A DNA stretch of 64,000 nucleotides from Verrucomicrobiota bacterium (lineage in GTDB: Bacteria > Verrucomicrobiota > Verrucomicrobiia > Limisphaerales > Palsa-1400), in the NCBI GenBank assembly GCA_049510745.1, contig JBEKYR010000002.1, forward strand, positions 64,001 through 128,000. Reading direction: 5' to 3'. This document shows, in pieces, positions 8,258-18,363 of the stretch. The notes below the pieces were generated by a model. The model was not told the DNA's origin. It worked only from the letters and a program-made list of their open reading frames with translations, and made no database searches. Position numbers and translations under genes: made by a program. Within the stretch, counting starts at the first letter, position 1, and every line of letters starts with the position of its first letter.

Positions 8258-9529
8258 CTATGTCCGCGCGGGCAGCTTTTGCGCGACGGGCTTTTTTTCC
8301 AGGACGACAAATTTCGGCAGGCCGTGCTCGGTCGGAACTTTTACTTCGCCTTCGATCAACGGGCGGGCGTAGCGGACGAATTTCTCGTTCGGCATGAACC
8401 CGTCTTCGCTGATCCAATCGCGCGGCACCAGGTGTTCGACATTGGCAATGTCGCTCAACGGCTGCAATCCCGTCGTCCAGCGATAGTCTTCCCCCGCGGC
8501 GCGCACCAGCTTGACCATGAAGCCGCTCTTGCCTTCGACGGCCGCGCGCACGGCGGCCTGGCCGCAAGCGAGCGCCTCGGCGGCGTCGGTCGCGCTGGCG
8601 TAATGGGCGGCGCAACGTTGGGCGTAACCGAGTTTGACGGAGCGCGTTTTGGTGTGGAGCTTGCCATAGACCAGCTCGCCCAGGCGTTCGGCCGCCCCCG
8701 AGAGCACCGGATGGCCGAAGGCGTCCAGACGCGATTTGTCGGCGCTGTATTCGGTGCCGTCGGGGTTCTTCAACCCCTCGCCGGCCACGACGATGCAGTA
8801 GCGCAGTTGGGCGACGGTGGCTTTGACTTTGGCCAGGAAGGCCTCTTCGTTAAACGGAATCTCCGGCAACAAAATCAGGTGGGGGGCGCCGTTTGGCTCG
8901 CGCCGGGCCAGCACCGCGCTGGCGGCGATCCAGCCCGCGCTGCGGCCCATCACCTCGATGATGCAGCAGGAGCCGTCATCGGTCGCCATGCTGCTGACGT
9001 CGGCGGCGATCTCCATGACGGTGCAGGCGTTGTATTTGGCGACCGAGCCGAAGCCCGGGCAATGATCGGTGTGGGGCAAATCGTTATCGATGGTTTTGGG
9101 CACGCCGATGACGCGCATTTCGTAGCCGCGCTTGATGGCTTCCTGATGCATCTTGTCGGCCGTATCCTGGGAATCGTTGCCGCCGGCGTAGAAGAAGAAG
9201 CGGATTTGGTGGGCCTGGAAAACCTGGAAGAGGCGGTCCATTTCGCGGGCGGCGCGTTCGGGTTTCTTTTTGAAATCGATCTTGTAGCGGCAGGTGCCCA
9301 GGGCGGCGGCGGGGGTGTGTTTAAGGGCCTCGATCGTTTCGGGGCGTTCCTGGCCCAGGTCAATCAACTGTTCATTGAGAATGCCCAGAATGCCGTTCAA
9401 CCCTCCATAGACTTTCCCAATGCAAGGGTGCTTGGCCGCCTCCTGGACGACCCCCGCGACACTGGCATTGATGACGGCGGTGGGTCCTCCCGATTGGGCC
9501 ACCATAAGATTTCCAGATAATTCTGCCAT
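8258..9529 (-). CDS. pfkA: 6-phosphofructokinase (probably PPi-dependent PfkA family)
   Basis: AQSGGPTAVIN, GGNDSQD, PKTIDNDL, EVMGRSAGW. Confidence 0.92.
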   Translation of the reverse strand: MAELSGNLMVAQSGGPTAVINASVAGVVQEAAKHPCIGKVYGGLNGILGILNEQLIDLGQERPETIEALKHTPAAALGTCRYKIDFKKKPERAAREMDRLFQVFQAHQIRFFFYAGGNDSQDTADKMHQEAIKRGYEMRVIGVPKTIDNDLPHTDHCPGFGSVAKYNACTVMEIAADVSSMATDDGSCCIIEVMGRSAGWIAASAVLARREPNGAPHLILLPEIPFNEEAFLAKVKATVAQLRYCIVVAGEGLKNPDGTEYSADKSRLDAFGHPVLSGAAERLGELVYGKLHTKTRSVKLGYAQRCAAHYASATDAAEALACGQAAVRAAVEGKSGFMVKLVRAAGEDYRWTTGLQPLSDIANVEHLVPRDWISEDGFMPNEKFVRYARPLIEGEVKVPTEHGLPKFVVLEKKPVAQKLPART

Positions 9530-9605
9530 ACGTGATTCAATAACTAATCGCCCGGCCCCGCCGCGTAAAGGACAAACCGGGGGGGTGAATTCCAAGGAAT
9601 ACAAT

Positions 9606-9633
9606 GTGACAATTGGGTTACATTTGATATACA
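9606..9633 (+). promoter_or_regulatory. Pho-box-like 11-bp-spaced direct repeats
   Basis: GTGACA (9606), GTTACA (9617), TATACA (9628) directly upstream of DUF47-PiT. Confidence 0.55.
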
Positions 9634-9643
9634 AAGCGGCGAA

Positions 9644-10270
9644 ATGTTCTCGATACAGAAGTGGTTTGCAAAGGACGACCAGTTTTTCCGATTGCTGCAG
9701 GCCAGCGCCGAGGAAGGGCGGGCCAGCGTGCAGGGGCTGAAGCAATTCCTGCAAAGCCCCAGGTGCGACGCCAGCCTGGCCCGATTCGCCGCCGCGCGGC
9801 ACAAAGACAAGCAGATCACGGTGCAGATCAGCGAGTTGCTGGCCCGCACCACCATCACCAGCCTGGACCGCGAAGACATCGAGGCCATTTCCCGCTCGCT
9901 CCATCGTCTGCCGAAGACGGTCGAAAAATTCGCGGCGCGGTATGTTGTTTGCGCCCCGCACCTGGGAGCGATAGATTTTTCCCGCCAGATTGACCTGGTG
10001 GAACAAGCCGTCGATACGGTCGCCGTCATGATCCGGGAGTTGGAGAGCGTTCATTTCGAGTCGGTCAACCAGTCCAACGAGAAGCTTCAGACCATCGAAA
10101 GCGACGCGGACAGGCTTGTGCTGCAGTTGTTGACGGAACTCTACGGCGGCGGCCATCCGTTTTTGACCGTCATCATGGCGAAGGACCTTTACGAATTGCT
10201 GGAGAAGGGCGTGGACCGGTGCCGGGACGCTGGCAATATCATTGACAGTGTCGCGCTGAAGCATTCCTAA
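9644..10270 (+). CDS. DUF47/PhoU-like phosphate transport regulator
   Basis: ITSLDREDI, IESDAD, ELLEKGVDRC; adjacent to PiT. Confidence 0.9.
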   Translation: MFSIQKWFAKDDQFFRLLQASAEEGRASVQGLKQFLQSPRCDASLARFAAARHKDKQITVQISELLARTTITSLDREDIEAISRSLHRLPKTVEKFAARYVVCAPHLGAIDFSRQIDLVEQAVDTVAVMIRELESVHFESVNQSNEKLQTIESDADRLVLQLLTELYGGGHPFLTVIMAKDLYELLEKGVDRCRDAGNIIDSVALKHS

Positions 10271-10276
10271 ACCCTC

Positions 10277-11323
10277 ATGGAGCCGGTCCTCATCCTCCTG
10301 TCGGTCAATTTCGCCGTCCTGGCGTTCACCTACACCAACGGATTTCACGACGCCGCCAACGCCATCGCCACCGTCGTCGGCACAAGGGTCCTGACCGCGC
10401 GCCAGGCGGTGATTCTGGGGGCGATCACAAATTTTCTCGGCGCGCTTTCCGGGGTGGCCGTGGCCGAAACCATCGGCACCGGCCTGGTGGACGCCCAACT
10501 GATCACCATCGGCACGGTCCTCTGCGCGATGATCGCCGGCATCGGCTGGAACGTTCTCACCTGGTATTTTGGCCTCCCCTCCAGTTCCAGCCACGCCCTG
10601 ATCGGCGGACTGCTCGGCGCGGCGCTCGCCTCCGCGCACAACCGATGGGAAGTGATCAAATGGCCGGTCTTTTATCCCAAGGTCATCGTTCCCATGCTGG
10701 CCTCGCCCGTGATCGGATTTATCGGCGGCATGTTGGTCATGACGGTTCTCTTCGTCCTTATTCGCCGCCTGCGTCCGCGGGTGGTGGATTCGCTCTTTGG
10801 CCGCCTCCAGCTCGTCAGCGCCTCCTACATGGGTTGGTCGCACGGTTACGCCGACGGCCAGAAAACGATGGGCATCATGGCCCTGGCCTGCTATGTGGCG
10901 ACCCGACACGGCGACCTGCAACATCTTCCCGGCTGGCTGAATTTTCTCTACAGCCCCCAATTTGAAATCAAGACCTGGATCAAATGTTCCTGCGGCCTGG
11001 CGATGGCGATGGGGACTTATATCGGCGGCTGGCGCATCATTCAAACTCTGGGCCAAAAGATGGTTCGCCTGCGTCCCGTCCACGGCTTCGCCGCCGAGAC
11101 GACCGGCGCGACGCTTCTTCTTGTGACGGGAAAGTTCGGCCTGCCCATTTCCACCACCCACGCGATCACCACGGCGATCATGGGCGTCGGCTGCGCCCGG
11201 CGTTTCAGCGCGCTGGACTGGCAACTGGCCGAGCGCATTCTGTGGGCCTGGATGATGACCATTCCCGCCAGCGCACTCCTTGCCTACGGCCTGATCCGCG
11301 TCGGCCAGGCCTGGGGATTTTGA
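10277..11323 (+). CDS. pit: Inorganic phosphate transporter, PiT family
   Basis: NGFHDAANAIAT, GLPSSSSHALIG, PISTTH. Confidence 0.95.
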   Translation: MEPVLILLSVNFAVLAFTYTNGFHDAANAIATVVGTRVLTARQAVILGAITNFLGALSGVAVAETIGTGLVDAQLITIGTVLCAMIAGIGWNVLTWYFGLPSSSSHALIGGLLGAALASAHNRWEVIKWPVFYPKVIVPMLASPVIGFIGGMLVMTVLFVLIRRLRPRVVDSLFGRLQLVSASYMGWSHGYADGQKTMGIMALACYVATRHGDLQHLPGWLNFLYSPQFEIKTWIKCSCGLAMAMGTYIGGWRIIQTLGQKMVRLRPVHGFAAETTGATLLLVTGKFGLPISTTHAITTAIMGVGCARRFSALDWQLAERILWAWMMTIPASALLAYGLIRVGQAWGF

Positions 11324-11382
11324 TGGGAATTCAGGGAAGTCACTTCATACCGGGACTGCCGCAAACCGGCCAAAAAAGAGCG

Positions 11383-11411
11383 TTGACATTTGTTGCAAGT
11401 GAGACTATACA
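11383..11411 (+). promoter_or_regulatory. sigma70 promoter of Xre-RES TA operon
   Basis: TTGACA-N17-TATACA, 9 nt before ATG 11421. Confidence 0.6.
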
Positions 11412-11420
11412 AAGTATCAA

Positions 11421-11942
11421 ATGAGCGATACCTTGACAAAACGAGCGTCGAAGGGATTATCCGGCAAGGTGAAGGTTGCGGGATTTGGCGGACCGACTGT
11501 CAAGAACTCCGGGGGCGGCGTGGTCAGCTTTTGTGTTGGCAGGCCGACTGGCAAAAGCGCGGCCTTGAGTTTTACCCCGTCCCAATTGATCGAAGTGATC
11601 CAAGTCGGGCTGCCGGTTCAGGAGTTGAAAGACTTGCAGGAAAGCCTTGCCGTGCCGATGGAACAACTTGTCCCCATGCTCGGCATCTCGAAGGCCACGC
11701 TCCATCGCCGGATGGCTGGAGGAAGGCTTGGAGCCGCCGAATCCGACCGGGTCGTGCGCTTCGCCCGGTTGATGGGCAAGGCGGCGGAGGTCATGGAGTC
11801 GGAGGAAAACGCCCGCCGCTGGCTGACCTCGCCTCAATTCGGGTTGGGCGGCGCGGTGCCGCTGGACTATGCGGAGACGGAAGTGGGCGCACGCGAAGTG
11901 GAGGACTTGCTTGGTCGAATTGAATACGGAGTTTACTCCTGA
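11421..11942 (+). CDS. Antitoxin Xre/MbcA/ParS (DUF2384)
   Basis: HTH LGISKATLHRR; C-terminal GAREVEDLLGRIEYG; overlaps the RES gene. Confidence 0.9.
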   Translation: MSDTLTKRASKGLSGKVKVAGFGGPTVKNSGGGVVSFCVGRPTGKSAALSFTPSQLIEVIQVGLPVQELKDLQESLAVPMEQLVPMLGISKATLHRRMAGGRLGAAESDRVVRFARLMGKAAEVMESEENARRWLTSPQFGLGGAVPLDYAETEVGAREVEDLLGRIEYGVYS

Positions 11943-12400
11943 TGCCGGAGGCGTGGCGCATCGTAAAGGAGAAGCACGCCGCCACCGCGTTTTCTGGTGA
12001 CGGCGCGGCCAAGACCGGCGGGCGATGGAATTCGCGAGGTGTGCCGGTCGTTTACACGAGCAGCACCAAATCCCTGGCTGCGCTGGAAAGCTTGGTTCAC
12101 CTGAACCCGCCGGTGCGTTTCAAATATGTCGCCATCCGCATCAAGTTCGACGACGCGCTCGTCGAGATCGTCCCTCGCAAAGCCCTTCCTCGAAACTGGC
12201 GGGTTGAACCGCCGCCGCCCTCCAGCAAGCAGGTGGGTGATGCCTGGGTGCTGGAAGGGCGCTCGGCCGTGCTGGCTTTGCCAAGCGTGATCGTTTCGGG
12301 TGAACCCAACTACGTGCTCAATCCGGCGCATCCAGACTTCAAAAAAATTGTCATTGGCAGGCCGGAGAGCTTTACCTTTGACCCGCGACTGCTCACCTGA
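11942..12400 (+). CDS. RES-domain toxin (NAD+ phosphorylase family)
   Basis: GGRWNSRG, ALESLVH, PSVIV, NYVLNPAH. Confidence 0.92.
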   Translation: MPEAWRIVKEKHAATAFSGDGAAKTGGRWNSRGVPVVYTSSTKSLAALESLVHLNPPVRFKYVAIRIKFDDALVEIVPRKALPRNWRVEPPPPSSKQVGDAWVLEGRSAVLALPSVIVSGEPNYVLNPAHPDFKKIVIGRPESFTFDPRLLT

Positions 12401-12489
12401 GGCCCGTGAAGGCGCTTTTCTTTTCTTTCCAAAGACCGGTGCTTGTGTTAGATTAGTCAGTGACCGGTCAAATCTTTTGAGGATCGATG

Positions 12490-12747
12490 ATGAAGGCAAC
12501 AACAGAGATCGCGGCTTCCGAAGCCAAGGCGAAGTTTTCGGAACTTCTTGAGCGAACGCGCCACGGGGAAGGGTTCGCCATCACCCTGCACGGCGAACCG
12601 GTGGCCAAACTGGTGCCCGCCAAGGGGCGGAGCTTGAGCGAGGTCCAAGGCGCCATCGCCGAGATGAAGTCCAAACGAGTGACCTTGAACCCTCGCGGCA
12701 AGCCGAAACTCCGCCTGAAAGACCTTGTGAACGAGGGCCGCCCATGA
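12490..12747 (+). CDS. Phd/YefM family antitoxin
   Basis: EAKAKFSELL..ITLHGEPVAKLVP; TGACCGGTCA palindrome at 12461-12470 upstream. Confidence 0.9.
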   Translation: MKATTEIAASEAKAKFSELLERTRHGEGFAITLHGEPVAKLVPAKGRSLSEVQGAIAEMKSKRVTLNPRGKPKLRLKDLVNEGRP

Positions 12748-13163
12748 ATTTTGTGGTGGATTCTTCGTTTGCCCTGGCTTGGGTGCTGAAAGACGAGACG
12801 ACACCGGAAACGGACAAAGCCCTCGATTCCCTCGGCCAGGGCGCGAAGGCATTCGTGCCCGCGCTTTGGCGTTGGGAGATGGCAAACGCGCTGTTGACAG
12901 TGGAGAAGCGCAAACGAGCCACGATGACGGAAGTAAACGGCCACCTGTCGCTGCTCCGATCGCTGCCGATTGAGATGGATGAAACCGCGCCTGACCAGGC
13001 CTGGAGCATCACTCATTCATTGGCGCAAAAACACAAGCTGACCAGTTACGATGCCGCTTATCTCGAGCTGGCCATCCGACGGGGATTGCCGCTGGCGACG
13101 TTGGATTCGGATCTCGCGGCGGCCGCCAAGGCGGAAAAGGTGGAATTGCTTCCGGCAAAATAA
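12744..13163 (+). CDS. vapC: VapC PIN-domain toxin
   Basis: VVDSS, WEMAN, YDAAYLELA, LATLD. Confidence 0.92.
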   Translation: MNFVVDSSFALAWVLKDETTPETDKALDSLGQGAKAFVPALWRWEMANALLTVEKRKRATMTEVNGHLSLLRSLPIEMDETAPDQAWSITHSLAQKHKLTSYDAAYLELAIRRGLPLATLDSDLAAAAKAEKVELLPAK

Positions 13164-13306
13164 CAGGAACAAGGAATTGGGAAATGTGAAAGGCACCCGA
13201 ACGCAGAGGGCTTGCACGGCAAAAAATGCTAAGTACTAGCCAAGAAGTGTGTGGGGAGACGTCCGGTTCGGCGGCATAATTATTCGATCAGCAGAACCGG
13301 CGGATT

Positions 13307-15790
13307 ATGAGAAACGCGGACGGCTCCCTCGGCGACGCCCGATTCCGGGCGGAACTGGAGCGGTGCGTCTATTGCGAGGAAAAGCCCTGCCAGGAAGCCT
13401 GCCCCGCGCATTGTTCGCCCGCTGATTTCATCATGGCAGCGCGGGTGGGGGAGAAATCAGATTGGCGCCGTTCCGCCGCGCTGATCCTGGGGGCAAACCC
13501 GCTGGGGTGGGTTTGCGGCGCGGTCTGCCCCGATTCCTTCTGCATGAAGGCGTGCGCGCGGCGGACGTTCGATCGCCCGATCGAGATTCCCGCCGTGCAG
13601 GCCACGGTGATCAAAAAGGCCAACAAAGCCGGGCTGGCGAAATTCCGGCGCGCCCCGTGGAATGGCAAAAGCGTGGGCATCATCGGCGCCGGGCCGGCGA
13701 GCTTGGGGGCGGCGAGTGTGCTGGCGCAGCGCGGCTGCAAGGTCACCCTTTACGAAGAGCGGCGGCGCGCCGGCGGGGCGATGAATCTCATCCCCGATTT
13801 CCGGCTGAACAAACAAGTCGTGCGCGCGGACATCGCGTTTCTCAAAAGCCTCGGTCAAGTCGATTTCAAGCACGGCAAAGCTGTGGCCAGCCCGGAAGAA
13901 TTGCTGGCAAAGCACGACGCCGTTATCGTGTGCGCGGGGCTGGCGGAACCGATCCGGCTCGACATCCCCGGCGAAGCACTCGCGCTTTCGTGGCAGGCGT
14001 TTCTGGAGGACGGGAAATTCAACGTCAAAGGCAGGAAGGTGGCGGTGCTCGGCGGCGGCGCGGTGGCGGCGGATTGCGCGGCGACGGCCAGGCGTCGCGG
14101 GGCGGCGTCGGTCGAACTGATTTATCGGCGCCGGCAACAGGACATGCCCCTGACGCAGTATGAGCGCGACCTGCTGCTGGAGCACGGCGTTGACATTGCG
14201 GCTTGCGCGAAGCCGCTGGCCGTCGTCCACGCCGGCCGGCGGATCACGGGTCTGCGCCTGGCGCGGCTGAACTTGCCCGCCGGAAAAGCTCCGCGACCGG
14301 AGAACTTTGTTGTCAACAAAAAGGAATCGCCGGTCTTCCGCGAGTTCGACGTGGTGATTTCCGCCATCGGCGGCAAACCCAAACTTTCAGCGGCCAAGGC
14401 CAGGGGCGTGTTTTACGCGGGCGACCTGGTGCTGGGCGCGGCGACGGTGGTGGAATGCGTCGCCAGCGGCAAGAACGCCGCGGTCGAGGCCGACGCTTAC
14501 CTTCGCGGCGAAGCGCGGCCGAAATTCAAGAATCGAGCGAAGAGCCGCGTCCTTTTGGCCGGCGTGCCGTTGCGTCCCGTGCCGCTGGAGGCCGATTTTT
14601 TTGGCCGCAAAATCCTCTCGCCGTTTCTGCTTTCCGCCGCGCCGCACTCGGACGGCTACCACCAGATGCGCAAAGCCTACGAACGCGGCTGGCCGGGTGG
14701 CGTGATGAAGACGGCGTTTGACCGGGGGCCGATTCATATCCCCGCCGGCTACATGTTCGTGCTCGGCGGCTCGACTTACGGCAACTGCGACAATGTCTCC
14801 GGCCATCCGCTGGAGCGGGTCTGCCGCGAAGTCGAGCGGCTGGTCAGGGAATACCCGGACCGCCTGACGCTGGCCTCGACCGGCGGCCCGGTCACCGGCC
14901 ACGACGAGGCGGACAAGGCGGTGTGGCAATCCAATACGCGCAAGCTGCAAAACGCCGGCGCGATGGGGGTCGAATACAGCCTTTCCTGCCCGCAAGGCGG
15001 CGACGGCGCGCACGGCGACGTGGTTTCGCAAAACGCGGCGCTGACCGCAAAAATTATTGACTGGGTCATGGAAGCGGGCGAGGAGGGCAACCCGAAACTG
15101 TTCAAGCTCACGGCGGCGGTCACGGCGATTGAGCCGATCATCAAGGCGATTAGGGAAGTCCTGGCGCGTTACCCGAAGAAGAAGGCCGGCGTGACGCTGG
15201 CCAACAGTTTCCCGTCGCTGGTGTTTCGCAAGGAGGCGAGTCGCCGCTGGGAGGAAGGGATTGTCATCGGCATGTCGGGCGAAGGCGTTTTGCCGATCAG
15301 CAATTTGACGCTGGCCAAAGTTTCCGGCCTGGGCATCGCCGTCTCGGGCAACGGCGGCGCGATGACTTACAAGGACGCGGCGAACTTCCTGGCGCTGGGC
15401 GCGCAGACCGTCCAGTTCTGCACCGCCGTGATGAAGCACGGCCTCGGCTATGTCGATGAACTTCATTGCGGCCTGACCTATCTGATGGAGGAGCGCGGCT
15501 TCCGCTCGGTGAAGGAACTCATCGGCTCGGCGCTGCCCCATCCGATCACCGACTTCGGGGCGTTGTCGCCGACGAAGGAACTGCCGCGGGTCGTGACCGC
15601 GCTTTGCCAGCATTGCGGCAACTGCGCGCGGTGTCCGTACCAGGCCATCGAGTTGAACCGTCGCGGCGTGCCGAGGTTTGATCCGAGCCGGTGCGTCGGG
15701 TGCTCGCTCTGCGCGCAGAAGTGCTTTGCCGGGGCGATCTCGATGCGCGCCCGCACCGCGCGGGAACTGGCCGCGCTGAAGGAAAGTTGA
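13307..15790 (+). CDS. Dihydropyrimidine-dehydrogenase-like Fe-S flavoprotein (fused PreT+PreA architecture)
   Basis: N-terminal GltD-type Cys clusters, GAGPAS and GGGAVAAD Rossmann motifs, FMN barrel with SLSCP, C-terminal 2x[4Fe-4S] motifs. Confidence 0.8.
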   Translation: MRNADGSLGDARFRAELERCVYCEEKPCQEACPAHCSPADFIMAARVGEKSDWRRSAALILGANPLGWVCGAVCPDSFCMKACARRTFDRPIEIPAVQATVIKKANKAGLAKFRRAPWNGKSVGIIGAGPASLGAASVLAQRGCKVTLYEERRRAGGAMNLIPDFRLNKQVVRADIAFLKSLGQVDFKHGKAVASPEELLAKHDAVIVCAGLAEPIRLDIPGEALALSWQAFLEDGKFNVKGRKVAVLGGGAVAADCAATARRRGAASVELIYRRRQQDMPLTQYERDLLLEHGVDIAACAKPLAVVHAGRRITGLRLARLNLPAGKAPRPENFVVNKKESPVFREFDVVISAIGGKPKLSAAKARGVFYAGDLVLGAATVVECVASGKNAAVEADAYLRGEARPKFKNRAKSRVLLAGVPLRPVPLEADFFGRKILSPFLLSAAPHSDGYHQMRKAYERGWPGGVMKTAFDRGPIHIPAGYMFVLGGSTYGNCDNVSGHPLERVCREVERLVREYPDRLTLASTGGPVTGHDEADKAVWQSNTRKLQNAGAMGVEYSLSCPQGGDGAHGDVVSQNAALTAKIIDWVMEAGEEGNPKLFKLTAAVTAIEPIIKAIREVLARYPKKKAGVTLANSFPSLVFRKEASRRWEEGIVIGMSGEGVLPISNLTLAKVSGLGIAVSGNGGAMTYKDAANFLALGAQTVQFCTAVMKHGLGYVDELHCGLTYLMEERGFRSVKELIGSALPHPITDFGALSPTKELPRVVTALCQHCGNCARCPYQAIELNRRGVPRFDPSRCVGCSLCAQKCFAGAISMRARTARELAALKES

Positions 15791-15793
15791 ACG

Positions 15794-17125
15794 ATGCCCG
15801 ACTCCCTGCTCATCGAAAACGGAACGGTGCTGACCTTGGGGAAAAGCGCCCAGGTTCTGCCCGGCCACTCGGTGCTGATCGAGAACGGCCTGGTGGCGAA
15901 GGTGGCGCCGAAGCAGGCGGTGAAAAAGTTCCGCGGCAAACGGATTGACGCGACGGGCAAAGTCGTTCTGCCCGGCTTGATCAACGCCCATACGCATTTT
16001 TACAGCAGCTTGGCGCGCGGGTTGACCAAGGCGAAGCCGGCGAAGAATTTCCATCAGGTATTGGAGAACCTGTGGTGGCGGCTGGATCGCGCGCTGACCA
16101 CCGAGGATTGCTACTACAGCGCCCTGATCGCGCTGCTCGGCTCGATCCGCCACGGCACGACGACGCTGATCGATCATCACGCCAGCCCGCGCGCGGTGGC
16201 CGGCTCGCTAGGCGCGATCGAGCAGGCCGTGCGCGAAACGGGCTTGCGGGCCTGCCTCTGCTACGAGCTTTCCGACCGCGACGGCCCGGGCATCGCGCAG
16301 GAGGGCCTGGCGGAGAACGCCTGGTTCATCCGCCGCTGCCAGCAGCGGAAGGATGCGCAGGTGAAAGCCCTCTTCGGCCTGCACGCTTCGTTTACGATTT
16401 CCAATGCGACGATGGAAAAGGCGGCGGGCCTCGGCCGGGAACTGGGCGCCGGGTTTCACATCCATGTCGCCGAGGCGCAGACCGACCAGGACCGGGCGTT
16501 GCGGCAGCATGGCCAACGCGTGGTCGAGCGGTTGAAGGAATTCGGAATCCTCGGCCCGCGCTCGCTTGCCGCGCACGGCGTTCACCTTGACCGGCGTGAA
16601 ATGGATTTGCTCGCGGAAACCAAGACCGCCGTGGTCCACAACCCGCAGTCGAACATGAACAACGGCGTGGGAGTGGCCAATGTCATCGAGTTGCGCCGGC
16701 GCGGCGTGCTCGTCGGCCTGGGCACTGACGCGATGACGACAAACATGCTGGAGGAGCTGCGCGTGGCGCTGTGGGGCCAGCATTTGCGGGCGGAGAATCC
16801 GTCCGCCGGATTCGGCGAAGTGACAAGCGCCTTGTTGGCGAACAACCCCAGGATTGCCGGGCGCATCTTCGGCCTGCGCTTTGGCGAGATTAGCGAAGGC
16901 GCGGCCGGAGACCTCGCCCTGTTCAATTATGACCCGCCGACGCCGCTGGAGAGCGGAAATGTGTTGGGCCATCTCGTGTTCGGAATTTCCCAGACGGAGG
17001 CGGACACGACGATAGTCGGCGGCCGGGTGTTAATGGAGAACAAGAAACTGGCGTTGAACCTGGAGGAGGCGCGCGTCAACGCCCGCGCCCGCGAGCTGGC
17101 AAAGGATTTATGGAAACGACTGTAA
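15794..17125 (+). CDS. ssnA: SsnA-type amidohydrolase
   Basis: INAHTHFYSSLARG, LWWRLDRAL, GLHASFT, HIHVAE, HNPQSNMNN. Confidence 0.9.
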   Translation: MPDSLLIENGTVLTLGKSAQVLPGHSVLIENGLVAKVAPKQAVKKFRGKRIDATGKVVLPGLINAHTHFYSSLARGLTKAKPAKNFHQVLENLWWRLDRALTTEDCYYSALIALLGSIRHGTTTLIDHHASPRAVAGSLGAIEQAVRETGLRACLCYELSDRDGPGIAQEGLAENAWFIRRCQQRKDAQVKALFGLHASFTISNATMEKAAGLGRELGAGFHIHVAEAQTDQDRALRQHGQRVVERLKEFGILGPRSLAAHGVHLDRREMDLLAETKTAVVHNPQSNMNNGVGVANVIELRRRGVLVGLGTDAMTTNMLEELRVALWGQHLRAENPSAGFGEVTSALLANNPRIAGRIFGLRFGEISEGAAGDLALFNYDPPTPLESGNVLGHLVFGISQTEADTTIVGGRVLMENKKLALNLEEARVNARARELAKDLWKRL

Positions 17126-18363
17126 AGAAGAACACGAAACAACTGCCAACCGCAACCGCCATCACCTGCGCCGCGATTCAAAAACGCGCGAAGGAAATGG
17201 AAGCGGACACCGTGCGCTTCCTGTGCGACCTCGTGCGCACGCCTTCGTTCTCCTCGAAGGAGCGCGAGGTCATCGCCGTCATCCGGCGCGAGATGGAAAA
17301 GATCGGCTTCGACGAGGCGCGGGTTGACGGGCTGGGCAACGTCATCGGCCGGCTCGGCCACGGCCCGCGGGTGATCGCCTTCGATGGCCACGTGGACACG
17401 GTTTATCCCGGCGATCTGTCGCAATGGGAGTTCGATCCGTTCAAGCCGTTGGTCAAAGACGGTAAAATTTGGGGGCGCGGCACGGTGGACCAGAAAGGCG
17501 GGGTGGCCGCGATGATTCATGCCGGCAAGCTCATCAAGGAACTGGGCTTGAACGAGCAGTTCACGATCTATTTCACCGGGACGGTCATGGAGGAGGATTG
17601 CGACGGGCTGTGCTGGCAATACCTCCTGAACGAGGAAAAGCTCAAGCCCGAACTGGTCGTCATCACCGAGCCGACGAACCTGAATATCTACCGCGGCCAT
17701 CGCGGGCGCATGGAGATGCGCGTCGAGGTCAAGGGCCGGAGCTGCCACGGTTCCGCGCCGGAGCGCGGGGACAACGCGATTTACAGGATCGCCCGCATCG
17801 CGCTGGAAATTGAAAAGCTCAACGAGCGGCTCAAGGGGGACCCGTTCCTCGGCAAGGGCACGGTGACGATTTCGGAAGTGAAATCGTCGTCGCCGTCGCT
17901 CTGCGCGGTGGCGGACCAGGCGGGCCTGCATCTGGACCGCCGGCTCACCTCGGGCGAGACGAAGGAGAGCGCCATCGCGGAAGTTGAGGACGCGGCCAGG
18001 CGCGCCGGCCAGCCCGAGGCAAAGGTTTTCGTGCTCAAGTACGAGGAAGCCGCTTACACGGGCAGAGTTTATCCGACGGAAAAGTATTATCCGACGTGGG
18101 CGCTCGATGAGAAATCTCCATATCTCAAAAACGCCGTTGCCGCTTACGCGGCAGTGCTGGGCAAGGCGCCGTTGGTGGACAAGTGGACGTTCAGCACGAA
18201 CGGGGTCGCGACCGCCGGCCTGAAGGGCATTCCGACCTTTGGCCTCGGGCCGGGCAACGAAATTTATGCCCACGCGCCGAACGAAGCGTGTCCGGTCGAG
18301 CACCTGAGCGGGGCGGTGGCGTTCTACGCCGCGCTGGTGGCGAAGTTGAATGGAAAGGTCTGA
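17110..18363 (+). CDS. ygeY: YgeY-type M20 hydrolase
   Basis: DGHVDTV, GRGTVDQKGG, EEDCDGLCWQY, FSTNGV, HAPNE. Confidence 0.9.
   Translation: METTVKKNTKQLPTATAITCAAIQKRAKEMEADTVRFLCDLVRTPSFSSKEREVIAVIRREMEKIGFDEARVDGLGNVIGRLGHGPRVIAFDGHVDTVYPGDLSQWEFDPFKPLVKDGKIWGRGTVDQKGGVAAMIHAGKLIKELGLNEQFTIYFTGTVMEEDCDGLCWQYLLNEEKLKPELVVITEPTNLNIYRGHRGRMEMRVEVKGRSCHGSAPERGDNAIYRIARIALEIEKLNERLKGDPFLGKGTVTISEVKSSSPSLCAVADQAGLHLDRRLTSGETKESAIAEVEDAARRAGQPEAKVFVLKYEEAAYTGRVYPTEKYYPTWALDEKSPYLKNAVAAYAAVLGKAPLVDKWTFSTNGVATAGLKGIPTFGLGPGNEIYAHAPNEACPVEHLSGAVAFYAALVAKLNGKV

Noticed and set aside
9530..11224. 988-aa ORF suggesting a giant Pfk fusion
   Set aside because: The extension is the antisense shadow of DUF47-PiT; Pfk homology starts at ATG 9529
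13164..13306. Purine riboswitch upstream of the purine cluster
   Set aside because: Only a CCGGTTC..GAACCGG stem; no purine-aptamer core recognised
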